Origin: an uncultured virus (IMG/VR IMGVR_UViG_3300028805_000054)
Taxonomy: Duplodnaviria > Heunggongvirae > Uroviricota > Caudoviricetes
Virus record (IMG/VR): IMGVR_UViG_3300028805_000054
Strand: one strand, 5' to 3'
Length of the DNA: 64,000 bases
Part shown: positions 45,634 to 53,747 of the stretch, piece by piece
Layout: each line of letters opens with the position of its first letter
Position numbering within the stretch: the first letter of the stretch is position 1
Program-made: the position numbers and the translations under genes
The notes under the pieces: generated by a model
What the model saw: only the letters and a program-made list of their open reading frames with translations
The model's database searches: none
What the model was told of the DNA's origin: nothing

Positions 45634-45971
45634 AAGGATTTATATATCTAGAGACTTTATCTATGGGATTAGACAGAAGAGAAGAGGCTTGGTGTTTAGC
45701 GGTGGAAAATCCTAAAAATTCAATGGAGTCTATAGTTGTTAGGTGTAGGGCTAAGAAAACCTGTGGTGGTGATTATTATTATTTTGAAAAAACTAATAGT
45801 AAGAAAAGGGGAGGCCATTGGAAGTTTAAGGCTTTCAGATTTAACGGAAATATAGAAAAGATTGAAGCTAGTAAGAAACCTGTAACAAAAATAATTCCCA
45901 GCCTCCCCGAATCTTGTTATAGTCAAATTCCACTATCAGAACTTAAAAAACTAGACGGATGGACAGATTAA
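45621..45971 (+). CDS. hypothetical protein
   Basis: Operon ORF. Confidence 0.65.
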   Translation: MDTLKGFIYLETLSMGLDRREEAWCLAVENPKNSMESIVVRCRAKKTCGGDYYYFEKTNSKKRGGHWKFKAFRFNGNIEKIEASKKPVTKIIPSLPESCYSQIPLSELKKLDGWTD

Positions 45972-46258
45972 AAGCTTTATCAATGTACTATGGTTATAAG
46001 ACCCTAGTAATGAGAGATGGTTCAATACATCCCCTTAATATTGCTGATCTTGCTCACGCGGATGACTCAGATTGGGATGTTAAATTAGTTTTATACCCTC
46101 TCCAAGATCCTTCCCTTTGCCCAGGAACTTTAGAAGAGGCAGCAGGATTTTTTGAAGGATTGAAAACGGCTCATATAGATTTCCTAAACTTAATAGAACA
46201 AGGATATGCAATTTCCGTGGACTCTCTCGAAGAAGATCCTTATTGTAGCACACCGTGA
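45959..46258 (+). CDS. hypothetical protein, distant paralog of 45121..45633
   Basis: HIDFLNLIEQGYAI C-terminal motif. Confidence 0.65.
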   Translation: MDRLKALSMYYGYKTLVMRDGSIHPLNIADLAHADDSDWDVKLVLYPLQDPSLCPGTLEEAAGFFEGLKTAHIDFLNLIEQGYAISVDSLEEDPYCSTP

Positions 46259-46580
46259 TTGTCTGAGGAGTAACACTGAAAGACTGATATTCTCTTATAT
46301 CGGAAAAAATTGGGAACTAACTCTCTACTACTATCGGAAAGACGGAAGAATCATGAGGAGAAAGAAACGACACTCAAGAATTTCAAGTCGGAGATGGGAA
46401 ATGTATGATATAACTGCGGAAAGGTTTAAGTCAAGTCTGGAAGGTTATAGATTCATAAAAGTAGAGAGGAAAACTATTTTAGAGATTTGCCGGTTTTGGA
46501 ATAGATATCTGGGAAATCTAGGAATAATAGATTCAAAACTAATAGGAGATGTTAATAAAGATAGCATACAGAATAAATAA
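46206..46580 (+). CDS. hypothetical basic protein
   Basis: Operon ORF; start uncertain. Confidence 0.55.
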   Translation: MQFPWTLSKKILIVAHRDCLRSNTERLIFSYIGKNWELTLYYYRKDGRIMRRKKRHSRISSRRWEMYDITAERFKSSLEGYRFIKVERKTILEICRFWNRYLGNLGIIDSKLIGDVNKDSIQNK

Positions 46581-46872
46581 AGGAACAGGAAATGATGAGA
46601 TGATGTTTGGAATGGAAGGGACAAATTATAGACTCATTTCTTATAACCACGGGAATTGGAATCATAAACGCCGAACACATGTCCCACTCAACCGATGGAT
46701 TTCACGAGGTTCTATCTCAATTTCTATCTACCGTACTCCAATGCATGCTCCGGGTCATATAATGGAAATAAAGAAAGGAGTGGTCAGAAAAATCCTATCT
46801 AACTATCGGGCATACTTGGAAAAATGTGGAATAAAAAATTTCAGGAGGATAGAAGATGTTATACTTGATTAG
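46549..46872 (+). CDS. hypothetical basic protein
   Basis: Operon ORF. Confidence 0.6.
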   Translation: MLIKIAYRINKGTGNDEMMFGMEGTNYRLISYNHGNWNHKRRTHVPLNRWISRGSISISIYRTPMHAPGHIMEIKKGVVRKILSNYRAYLEKCGIKNFRRIEDVILD

Positions 46873-47341
46873 ATCTTTCACACGCACTGGAACATTCTTA
46901 AAGGTAGGATACACAGAGAACATAGAAAGAAGAATGGGAGAATATCTGGTGGAAAATCCGGGACGAGAGTTGATATCTATACGCGCGGGAGATTTAACGG
47001 AGGAAACTAGAATGCACCTTTATCTTACGGCGTGTGGATTTAAAGCGGATTTTTTAGAGGAGTGGTTCCAAGATTGTCCTGAAGTTCTCCTTGGTTTTCA
47101 TCAGGCTCAGGAGAAAATGAATAAAATGATATGGAGGAAGCGTGAATTAATTTTTACTTCCTTCGATTTTTCACGCCGTTCTCTCAAGGTGCAAATATAT
47201 GAAGAACTCCGTTTCCTTCATCGCGCGGAAAACTTGAATGCCTTAATGATAGATAAAGAATGGAGAAAATGGAACCTAAAGAAAGACCTAAAAACGTGGC
47301 AGAATATTTTGAACGATGGAGAGGTGATGTTTTTGAAGTGA
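46856..47341 (+). CDS. GIY-YIG/T5orf172-like protein
   Basis: MLYLI...LKVGYTENIERRM..Y...NP...E..MH...EWF. Confidence 0.75.
   Translation: MLYLIRSFTRTGTFLKVGYTENIERRMGEYLVENPGRELISIRAGDLTEETRMHLYLTACGFKADFLEEWFQDCPEVLLGFHQAQEKMNKMIWRKRELIFTSFDFSRRSLKVQIYEELRFLHRAENLNALMIDKEWRKWNLKKDLKTWQNILNDGEVMFLK
46982..47227. repeat. Ladder element 13 (inside CDS)
   Basis: cgcgcg/cgcgcg; aacggag/ctccgtt; tgcacctt/aaggtgca; acggcgtg/cacgccgt. Confidence 0.88.
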
Positions 47342-47712
47342 TGGCATATGCAGGAAAAATAGTAACTGCAGACAAAGCTCATTATTCTCACTGCCTAATA
47401 ATCCCACTTCCACCAGATTTTAAATTCCCAGATGACATTAGAAGATTCCCTAATTCTATCCTGATTACAGAAAATACAAAAAGAAGAAAGAGAAAAGGGA
47501 AGAAATATTTTAAACCTTTGGGACCATTCTTAGGAGGTAGATTGGGAACTACATCAGCATTAATAACAACATTTACCGGAGAATTTGGACCTAGAAGTAA
47601 AGTTTGGATCAATGAGGAGACGTTTATGCGAATAACTAAGCGAAATCTTTATGTTGACGAATTCTATGCAGCCAGAATATTTAAAGGACGAAATATTAAA
47701 GGACAAATATGA
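47341..47712 (+). CDS. hypothetical protein
   Basis: TGATG overlap start. Confidence 0.6.
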   Translation: MAYAGKIVTADKAHYSHCLIIPLPPDFKFPDDIRRFPNSILITENTKRRKRKGKKYFKPLGPFLGGRLGTTSALITTFTGEFGPRSKVWINEETFMRITKRNLYVDEFYAARIFKGRNIKGQI

Positions 47713-48350
47713 AAAGATTAACACTAGAATCAATAGCAGAAACAATCCTAGGAAACGGGTTGTGCTTTAAAGATGTCTATTACCCAGAACTTACCGATTG
47801 TGTGGATGAGCTGACCGAATTTATAAAGAAAAAAGTACCGGGAGGATTAACTCGGGTAATGATTGAGAGGAACGGTTATAAGAAATGGGGTCCGTGTCTG
47901 AAGGAAGCACCAAGTCTTGACAGCGACTTTGGAAGGATTGTGTTAAACGCTTGGATTAGTTTCTTCTTTGAGTACCCTGATCTTATGGAGCTTGTTGGGA
48001 TAATTGCGGAACAGGAAAACCCAAACGCAGATCCGGAGGTAATCAAAGAAATGAGAGCCTTGAAGACCGGAACTCTAGTAACAAAGTCGAACAAACGAGG
48101 ACCACTAACAGGAATGAAGGTTGTTTTTACAGGAGCGTCGTCATATTTCAAAGGAGAGAATATGGAGAGATTCCTGGAGAAGAACGGTGCAATAACTTCT
48201 CACACAGTTACCTCCTCTACTGAACTCCTCATAACCGGAAGTCGACCCGCATCTAGTAAACTTGTGAGAGCTAAGAACAACGGAGTCAGGATCATCACAG
48301 AGGAAGATTTTATGAAGGAGTTTAAAGGTCAGCTAGTCGGATTGCCATGA
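47709..48350 (+). CDS. BRCT-domain protein (NAD-ligase-type BRCT)
   Basis: LTGMKVVFTG...GA....VT.ST.LLITG....SSKL.RA...GVRIITEEDF. Confidence 0.85.
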   Translation: MKRLTLESIAETILGNGLCFKDVYYPELTDCVDELTEFIKKKVPGGLTRVMIERNGYKKWGPCLKEAPSLDSDFGRIVLNAWISFFFEYPDLMELVGIIAEQENPNADPEVIKEMRALKTGTLVTKSNKRGPLTGMKVVFTGASSYFKGENMERFLEKNGAITSHTVTSSTELLITGSRPASSKLVRAKNNGVRIITEEDFMKEFKGQLVGLP

Positions 48351-48700
48351 TCGAATTAATAGAAGTACCTGTTCATTCAGCTGACGAGGGAGAAAATTGT
48401 TATAGAAAATCTCTTGTTATCTTACTCCCTAATTTTAGAGAACGGAATAAAGTGTTAATGCTGAAATCTAGACGATTATATTCTTCTCCCGTCTCAAAGA
48501 AAAGATGGAACCTGATTAAGAAATTTAAAAAAGAGGGATGTAGACTAATGAGATCAGCTTTATTTATTAATCCATCTAAAAAATACAGGAAACGATATAG
48601 GATGAGTCTGGATCAAGTAATTGAATTAGGGCACATCTATGATAGTAATATTGTGGAAGAGTTGAGACAGGTAGATTATAAAGAATATAAAAAGAGCTAA
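48347..48700 (+). CDS. hypothetical protein
   Basis: Operon ORF followed by a terminator. Confidence 0.6.
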   Translation: MIELIEVPVHSADEGENCYRKSLVILLPNFRERNKVLMLKSRRLYSSPVSKKRWNLIKKFKKEGCRLMRSALFINPSKKYRKRYRMSLDQVIELGHIYDSNIVEELRQVDYKEYKKS

Positions 48701-48750
48701 GGTTAAATCCCTAGCCCTTTTATTTTTATTCGCAAAATCGTTTCAAGATT

Positions 48751-49104
48751 TTACTTAACTTCAATCTTCCTTTGACCTTCTTTACTCTTCGGAACAATAA
48801 TATACAAAATTCCATTCTCTACCTTAGCCTCAATGTTTTCGATGTCAATTCCGGAAGGTAGTTGGAGGCGAGTATCAAAACAGTCCTTCCAAAATTCATG
48901 TCTACTGTAATCTTCTTTCTTTTCAGCCTCCCTATTACCAGCCTTAATCCATAAAACATCTTCACCTTTATACTCAATCTGAACATCCTCTTTCGTCAGT
49001 CCAGCAGCTCTAAACTCAATCTCCCATTCCCCATCACTCTCTTTAACATTCATTGGGTGATTCTCAGGCATTCCATAGTAAAAATTATTGAATAACATAA
49101 TCAA
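48751..49104 (-). CDS. Small heat-shock protein (Hsp20)
   Basis: NVKE...AGLTKEDVQI...LPSGIDIENIEAKVENGILYIIVPK. Confidence 0.9.
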   Translation of the reverse strand: MIMLFNNFYYGMPENHPMNVKESDGEWEIEFRAAGLTKEDVQIEYKGEDVLWIKAGNREAEKKEDYSRHEFWKDCFDTRLQLPSGIDIENIEAKVENGILYIIVPKSKEGQRKIEVK

Positions 49105-49208
49105 AGTCTCCTATTATTTAATTGTTCTTGGTCCTTCATTGTCCAGACCCTTCACCATATATATTGCAAATCTCATGCCTATCAGAAAAAGAATGACATA
49201 GTGACAGC

Positions 49209-49595
49209 CTAAATTGTCAAAATGTCATAATCTGTTAATAATCCTTCTCTAATCATATCATCTCCATTTATAAAGTTTAACCACTCTTCTCTTAATAGGT
49301 CTTGGAAAGTAGCAAATCTGAGCCGGGTTTTAAAATCTTTGGATAAATCGGTATAACAAACGAAAGGAAACTCGGAGATAAATATTTGTTCCATCTTTAT
49401 TCCTTCCGGATTTCCAAAACGCCTAGATATTATCATCCCAGCATCTAAACATTCTCTTGCTCCGTTCCTAATCCACCACCAACATCCTCCTTCCGTTTTC
49501 GCCCAACTAATGAAAGGACCGGATAATGGAGGTAACGGATTTTTATTTTCATCAATCTTAATTCCAACTAACATCTCAAACGTTATCTCTCTCAT
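49209..49595 (-). CDS. hypothetical protein, tandem paralog 1
   Basis: EITFEML...W...EG..WWI..GA.E shared with the next gene. Confidence 0.7.
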   Translation of the reverse strand: MREITFEMLVGIKIDENKNPLPPLSGPFISWAKTEGGCWWWIRNGARECLDAGMIISRRFGNPEGIKMEQIFISEFPFVCYTDLSKDFKTRLRFATFQDLLREEWLNFINGDDMIREGLLTDYDILTI

Positions 49596-49918
49596 TAGAA
49601 TGGAAGGCTTTGAAGAAATTTATATTCATCCTTTATAGTTTTTACTAATTTCTCATCACTGTTCAAAAATCGTAACCAAACCTCCACTAACATATCTTTA
49701 TAATCTGAGGGGACTTTGATGAATGGGAGCTCTTTGATTATAACTTTTGGATCATATTTCCCATCCGCAAGTTCAACAGCTCCTCCCCAAATCCAATAAA
49801 ACTCTCCTTCCTCCTGAGACCACACCAAGAAGTCATCCACTAAGAAGGAATGTTTCTCACCTAGCGGATTATAACTTTCGTATATCTTGTCCAACATCTC
49901 ATAGGTTACTTCACTCAT
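49595..49918 (-). CDS. hypothetical protein, tandem paralog 2
   Basis: EVTYEML...W..EEG..YWI.GGA.E. Confidence 0.7.
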   Translation of the reverse strand: MSEVTYEMLDKIYESYNPLGEKHSFLVDDFLVWSQEEGEFYWIWGGAVELADGKYDPKVIIKELPFIKVPSDYKDMLVEVWLRFLNSDEKLVKTIKDEYKFLQSLPF

Positions 49919-50132
49919 ATGGTATTAACTTGAATTCTCGACCTTCAAAAATTAGTGATCCTTCTTCTCTTTGATATCGCTGAAAGAATCCTAGACTAAC
50001 AATCTCACCTTCTTCCTGACGTCTTGAAGCTGATCTTTCTCCCCATGTTATTCTCTTCAGATAGACACCAGATTTTCTTTTTGGTCGACCTATCACAACC
50101 CTTACTCTAACAAGCTTTTCCAAGTTGATCAT
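49911..50132 (-). CDS. hypothetical basic protein
   Basis: Operon ORF. Confidence 0.55.
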   Translation of the reverse strand: MINLEKLVRVRVVIGRPKRKSGVYLKRITWGERSASRRQEEGEIVSLGFFQRYQREEGSLIFEGREFKLIPYE

Positions 50133-50403
50133 AAAATTCTTCCCAAGTTAATACCTGAATCCCTAACTTCTTTTTTACTACCTCATCTCCTATCTCTCCT
50201 TCTATCCATCCCTCAGCACTAACACATCTAGGAATGAGAGGGTCTTTGTAGGATGAGTGATTAATTTGACGAGTGAAGATTGAACGAGGGTGGAATCTTT
50301 TATGACGACCTCTCTTAGGAAACCAATAGTAGACGACCTGCCCTAATACCCTAAGACTTAAATAAACTCCTCCACGATTTAATTTCCACCTGATTTTTAC
50401 CAT
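50107..50403 (-). CDS. hypothetical basic protein
   Basis: Operon ORF. Confidence 0.6.
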   Translation of the reverse strand: MVKIRWKLNRGGVYLSLRVLGQVVYYWFPKRGRHKRFHPRSIFTRQINHSSYKDPLIPRCVSAEGWIEGEIGDEVVKKKLGIQVLTWEEFYDQLGKAC

Positions 50404-50714
50404 CCAATGATCAGGAGAATAAAACCTTCAACTTCTGGATTTTCATATAGATCAACAACAAATCCATTCTCACTAAAATGCTTTCTCAACTCTTCTACCA
50501 AATCCTTCTTGTAATCTGGATAAGTTGAAGTTAAGATCCTAAAACCAGAGGAAGATTTGGATTTTATGGAGTCCTCAATATCGTTCACTTCTCTCTCGAG
50601 TACCTCCTGAAAAGTAACTCCTCTAAATCCATACTTCAAAATGTTTCGAGCTTCTTCTGCACTCAAAAACTTTTTCTCATGCTTAAAAAATAAAAGCTTC
50701 ATAATATAATTCAT
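50397..50714 (-). CDS. hypothetical protein
   Basis: After promoter motif 50722-50732. Confidence 0.7.
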   Translation of the reverse strand: MNYIMKLLFFKHEKKFLSAEEARNILKYGFRGVTFQEVLEREVNDIEDSIKSKSSSGFRILTSTYPDYKKDLVEELRKHFSENGFVVDLYENPEVEGFILLIIGW

Positions 50715-50721
50715 TCGTTTT

Positions 50722-50787
50722 CATGTATAAGGAAATTAAGTCAGGAAAAATTCAACCGTCTCTGATCGCCTCAAAGCCTTATATGTG
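50722..50787. promoter_or_regulatory. Divergent promoter motifs (50722-50732 minus; 50777-50787 plus)
   Basis: catgtataagg / ccttatatgtg. Confidence 0.7.
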
Positions 50788-50875
50788 TAATAAAAGCCTG
50801 CCTCGTAATAAAGGTGGGCTTTTTCAACATTAATCGTTTATAATAGAATTATAACTAAAATTAACAAACAAACTT

Positions 50876-51370
50876 ATGGATATAGAAGAAAAAATATTTA
50901 AGAAAGGAATTAAATTCTTTTCCCTGTGGTTTTTGTGTATGGCTCTATTTGTATGGGAAACGCCGAAACCTAGGGAATGGAAAACAGAAGAAACTGAGTA
51001 TTCTTGTGTTCCGGATGAATATGATGAGGAAGATTGGAATAAGGTGACAGTAACCGTATACAATCCTGTGGTAGAACAATGTGATTCTACTCCTTACACA
51101 ACAGCCGACAATTCAGAGATAAACATGGCTAAACTAAAGCAAGGAAAGCTAAAGTGGGTTGCCGTTAGTAGAGATCTCCTGAAAAACGGAAAGGTTAAGT
51201 ATGGAGGAAAAGTCAAGATCAATTGTAAAGAAGATCCTACCCTAAGTGGAATTTATACAGTTCATGACACAATGCACCCGAGATGGACAAAGCATGTGGA
51301 TATCTTAACTCATCAAGATAATAGAACAACCGGAATGTATAAGGACGTAGAAGTAGAGTACCTGGATTGA
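50876..51370 (+). CDS. 3D-domain (double-psi beta-barrel) lytic-transglycosylase-like protein
   Basis: N-terminal TM; TVYNP..QCD..P..TAD...VAVSRDL...VHDTM...VDIL. Confidence 0.8.
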   Translation: MDIEEKIFKKGIKFFSLWFLCMALFVWETPKPREWKTEETEYSCVPDEYDEEDWNKVTVTVYNPVVEQCDSTPYTTADNSEINMAKLKQGKLKWVAVSRDLLKNGKVKYGGKVKINCKEDPTLSGIYTVHDTMHPRWTKHVDILTHQDNRTTGMYKDVEVEYLD

Positions 51371-51453
51371 TTCATGTCTTTCCAGGTTTTTCGAGATAAC
51401 AACAGTCCAACCATGAAGGAAGGACACAATATTAACAAAACAAATTAAAAAAA

Positions 51454-51726
51454 ATGAAAGCAACAATTTATTTAAGCGAGGAAAATCATAACCCGATTAA
51501 CCTCGACGGAACCTTAGCCGAATTAATGCAGGGTTCAGAAGGCTTGACTGTTGTAATGTCAGGCGGTGAGAATAACAAAAAACTTAATGGCCTTTTTACT
51601 GAGATACGTGAAAAGGAAGAAACAAAAACGATGAAGGGGCTAATAGAAGGAGCAATCTGTATTTTGAACACAGATGGAACAGAAACTCTCTACTTCCCAG
51701 CCCCAGTTAGAATTCATGCCATTTAA
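51454..51726 (+). CDS. hypothetical protein
   Basis: A-rich leader. Confidence 0.65.
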   Translation: MKATIYLSEENHNPINLDGTLAELMQGSEGLTVVMSGGENNKKLNGLFTEIREKEETKTMKGLIEGAICILNTDGTETLYFPAPVRIHAI

Positions 51727-51730
51727 AAAG

Positions 51731-51994
51731 ATGGAAGAACTGAAAAATTTATTAATCAATTCCACGCTGATAAAGCTGGAAAAAGATCTCGCATACTTAC
51801 AGAGAATGTATCGCGAGGAAAAAGAGAAGGTGGTGAAAATCGTGTCAGAAAAGAAACTGATTGAAGCATTCACCTTTGTAGAAAATGTGAAAGGAGAAGA
51901 CCTATTAAAGAAACCCTGGGAACCTGACTCGGATCTTAGGGTAAAACTCAATATCTTCTACCTTTATTACTACATGATTAAAGAGGCGGTCTAG
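51731..51994 (+). CDS. hypothetical protein
   Basis: Start MEELKN; terminator follows. Confidence 0.6.
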   Translation: MEELKNLLINSTLIKLEKDLAYLQRMYREEKEKVVKIVSEKKLIEAFTFVENVKGEDLLKKPWEPDSDLRVKLNIFYLYYYMIKEAV

Positions 51995-52046
51995 AAACTG
52001 TCTCTTTTTTTTGCCCTCTGAAAGAACTGAAAGACTTAATAATGAT

Positions 52047-52682
52047 ATGATGAAAATGAAAAAGAGACTGAAGATTGAAGAAAGATTTGATCAGGTTTAT
52101 GTTTATGACTTAGAGAAACCTGAACCTGATATCGATGAATACTTTAGGGCGGAAGCAGAACAACATCGATCAGAGTTTAGGTTTATGGTGGTCAGATGTA
52201 AAACCGAAGAAGAAAAATTTGAGTTTGAATATTACCGCAACTTGAAGGAATTGCTGTGTCATTATAAAACTTGTAAGATGTTCACTAAATCAGATCGTAG
52301 CTCTTTCAAATATTGGTTCTCTCATTGGGCTGGTTTTCAATTGACGGCTCTAAATCTTGGAATCTGGAAACCTAAATACCTCTTCCATGATATCGAAAAA
52401 CCATGGCTGAAGTTGTGGTGGAGAGGAGATTATGGGAGAGTACAGAAGTGGCATAGAGAACATAATAAACATCACCTGGAATATGGATTAAAACACGGAT
52501 GGAATAAGATAGATTGGATTGCTCTTATGATCGACTGGGAATGCTGCGGATTATCAAAACAAGAAGCACAACTAGACGCAAGAGAGACAATGCTATATGA
52601 GATAGAAACGGAGAAGTGGATGCCCTATAAAAAAGAAATTGTTGGACACCTTCTCCCAATATTAAACATGTATAAACTATGA
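52047..52682 (+). CDS. HD-like metal-dependent hydrolase (DUF5662-like)
   Basis: LFHDIEK, HREHNKHH, MIDWE. Confidence 0.65.
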   Translation: MMKMKKRLKIEERFDQVYVYDLEKPEPDIDEYFRAEAEQHRSEFRFMVVRCKTEEEKFEFEYYRNLKELLCHYKTCKMFTKSDRSSFKYWFSHWAGFQLTALNLGIWKPKYLFHDIEKPWLKLWWRGDYGRVQKWHREHNKHHLEYGLKHGWNKIDWIALMIDWECCGLSKQEAQLDARETMLYEIETEKWMPYKKEIVGHLLPILNMYKL

Positions 52683-53071
52683 AAAAGATTGAAGAAAATG
52701 TTAGTCCAGAAGGTAGTAAAGTGAATTCAGAAGAAAATTCACGATGGACTTATGCAGGGGCGGAAAACCTGGAAACCGCAACAAAATTGAAAGAGGGAGA
52801 GGTTTGTAAAGTGACGGGAGTGGGAAATAGTATGACACCAATCCTGAAATCTAGACAAGCCGTAATTTGTGAACCAGTGACCGAAGAAACAGTACTGGAG
52901 AAGAAAGATATCGTTCTGTGTAAAGTTAAAGGGCATTTCTATCTTCACTTGATCTGGGCAACTAGAGTGGATGGTGAGAAACAAATGTACTTAATAGGAA
53001 ATAATCACGGCCATGCAAACGGATGGATTCCTAGGTCACAAGTCTTCGGAAAAGTGGTGGAAATCTTGTAA
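52679..53071 (+). CDS. S24/S26 peptidase-like protein
   Basis: GNSMTPIL; DIVLCKV..HFYLHLI; GNN...NGW.....FGKV. Confidence 0.7.
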   Translation: MKKIEENVSPEGSKVNSEENSRWTYAGAENLETATKLKEGEVCKVTGVGNSMTPILKSRQAVICEPVTEETVLEKKDIVLCKVKGHFYLHLIWATRVDGEKQMYLIGNNHGHANGWIPRSQVFGKVVEIL

Positions 53072-53193
53072 AAATTAATGGGGAAAATGAAATTCCCTCT
53101 TTTATTTTACATTTTTTTTGTTCCTGATCCTTGAAAACTGACAGATCAAAATAACGAAATTATTTCGTAAAAAATTGGAAATAAAATTCCACA

Positions 53194-53481
53194 GTTGAGA
53201 GGCCGAAATAAAAGCTGTAACCCTAAAAGATTATGAAAGCTGAAACAAAAGCTATAGCTTAGTTTTATCATAAAGATAAAAATGTCTATGCTTTTTGCGT
53301 TACACAAAGCATTTTTCTGAGGTTAAGCCTCCCCGTAGCCACTACGCTATTCCGTAATTCATCGTGAACTCAGAATTACTACATTAACGCTTCGGACCCT
53401 TAACCTCTCAATTTCAATTACCCTACGCTCGTTCGTAAAGCTCACTAAGCTTCGGGATTAAAATTGAAAGATTCCCTATTT
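53194..53481. other. Conserved structured non-coding element, copy 2
   Basis: Homologous to 25950-26200 with the same outer stems and divergent inner stems. Confidence 0.8.
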
Positions 53482-53567
53482 CTTATTTTCTTATTTTAGA
53501 CCTCTATATTAGCTAATCGACATTCTCAAGTTTAAATTAAGAAAACTCCCCTCATAAAGGCTGAAAG

Positions 53568-53578
53568 CCTTATGAGTG
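53568..53578 (+). promoter_or_regulatory. Promoter-like motif CCTTATGAGTG
   Basis: Recurrent motif. Confidence 0.6.
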
Positions 53579-53747
53579 TAGATAATATCTGGTCCTCAAT
53601 TGTGATGACCTAGATCTCTACTCTTCAAAGAGAGAAGAAGATAAAGAGAACTAATACGTTTAAAATACGCTTTAGCGGATTTTGTGAGAGACTGTGTTCG
53701 AAGAACCAGGCTTTCATTTGTTTCAACATATAAAAATTATATTAACA

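Noticed and set aside
47964..48050. Possible additional ladder (ttctttga/tcaaagaa, ttggg/cccaa)
   Set aside because: Too few and too short stems to call by eye.
53694..53747. 18-aa N-terminal extension of helicase paralog B
   Set aside because: The paralog alignment and A-rich leader place the start at 53748; the extension is the conserved leader.
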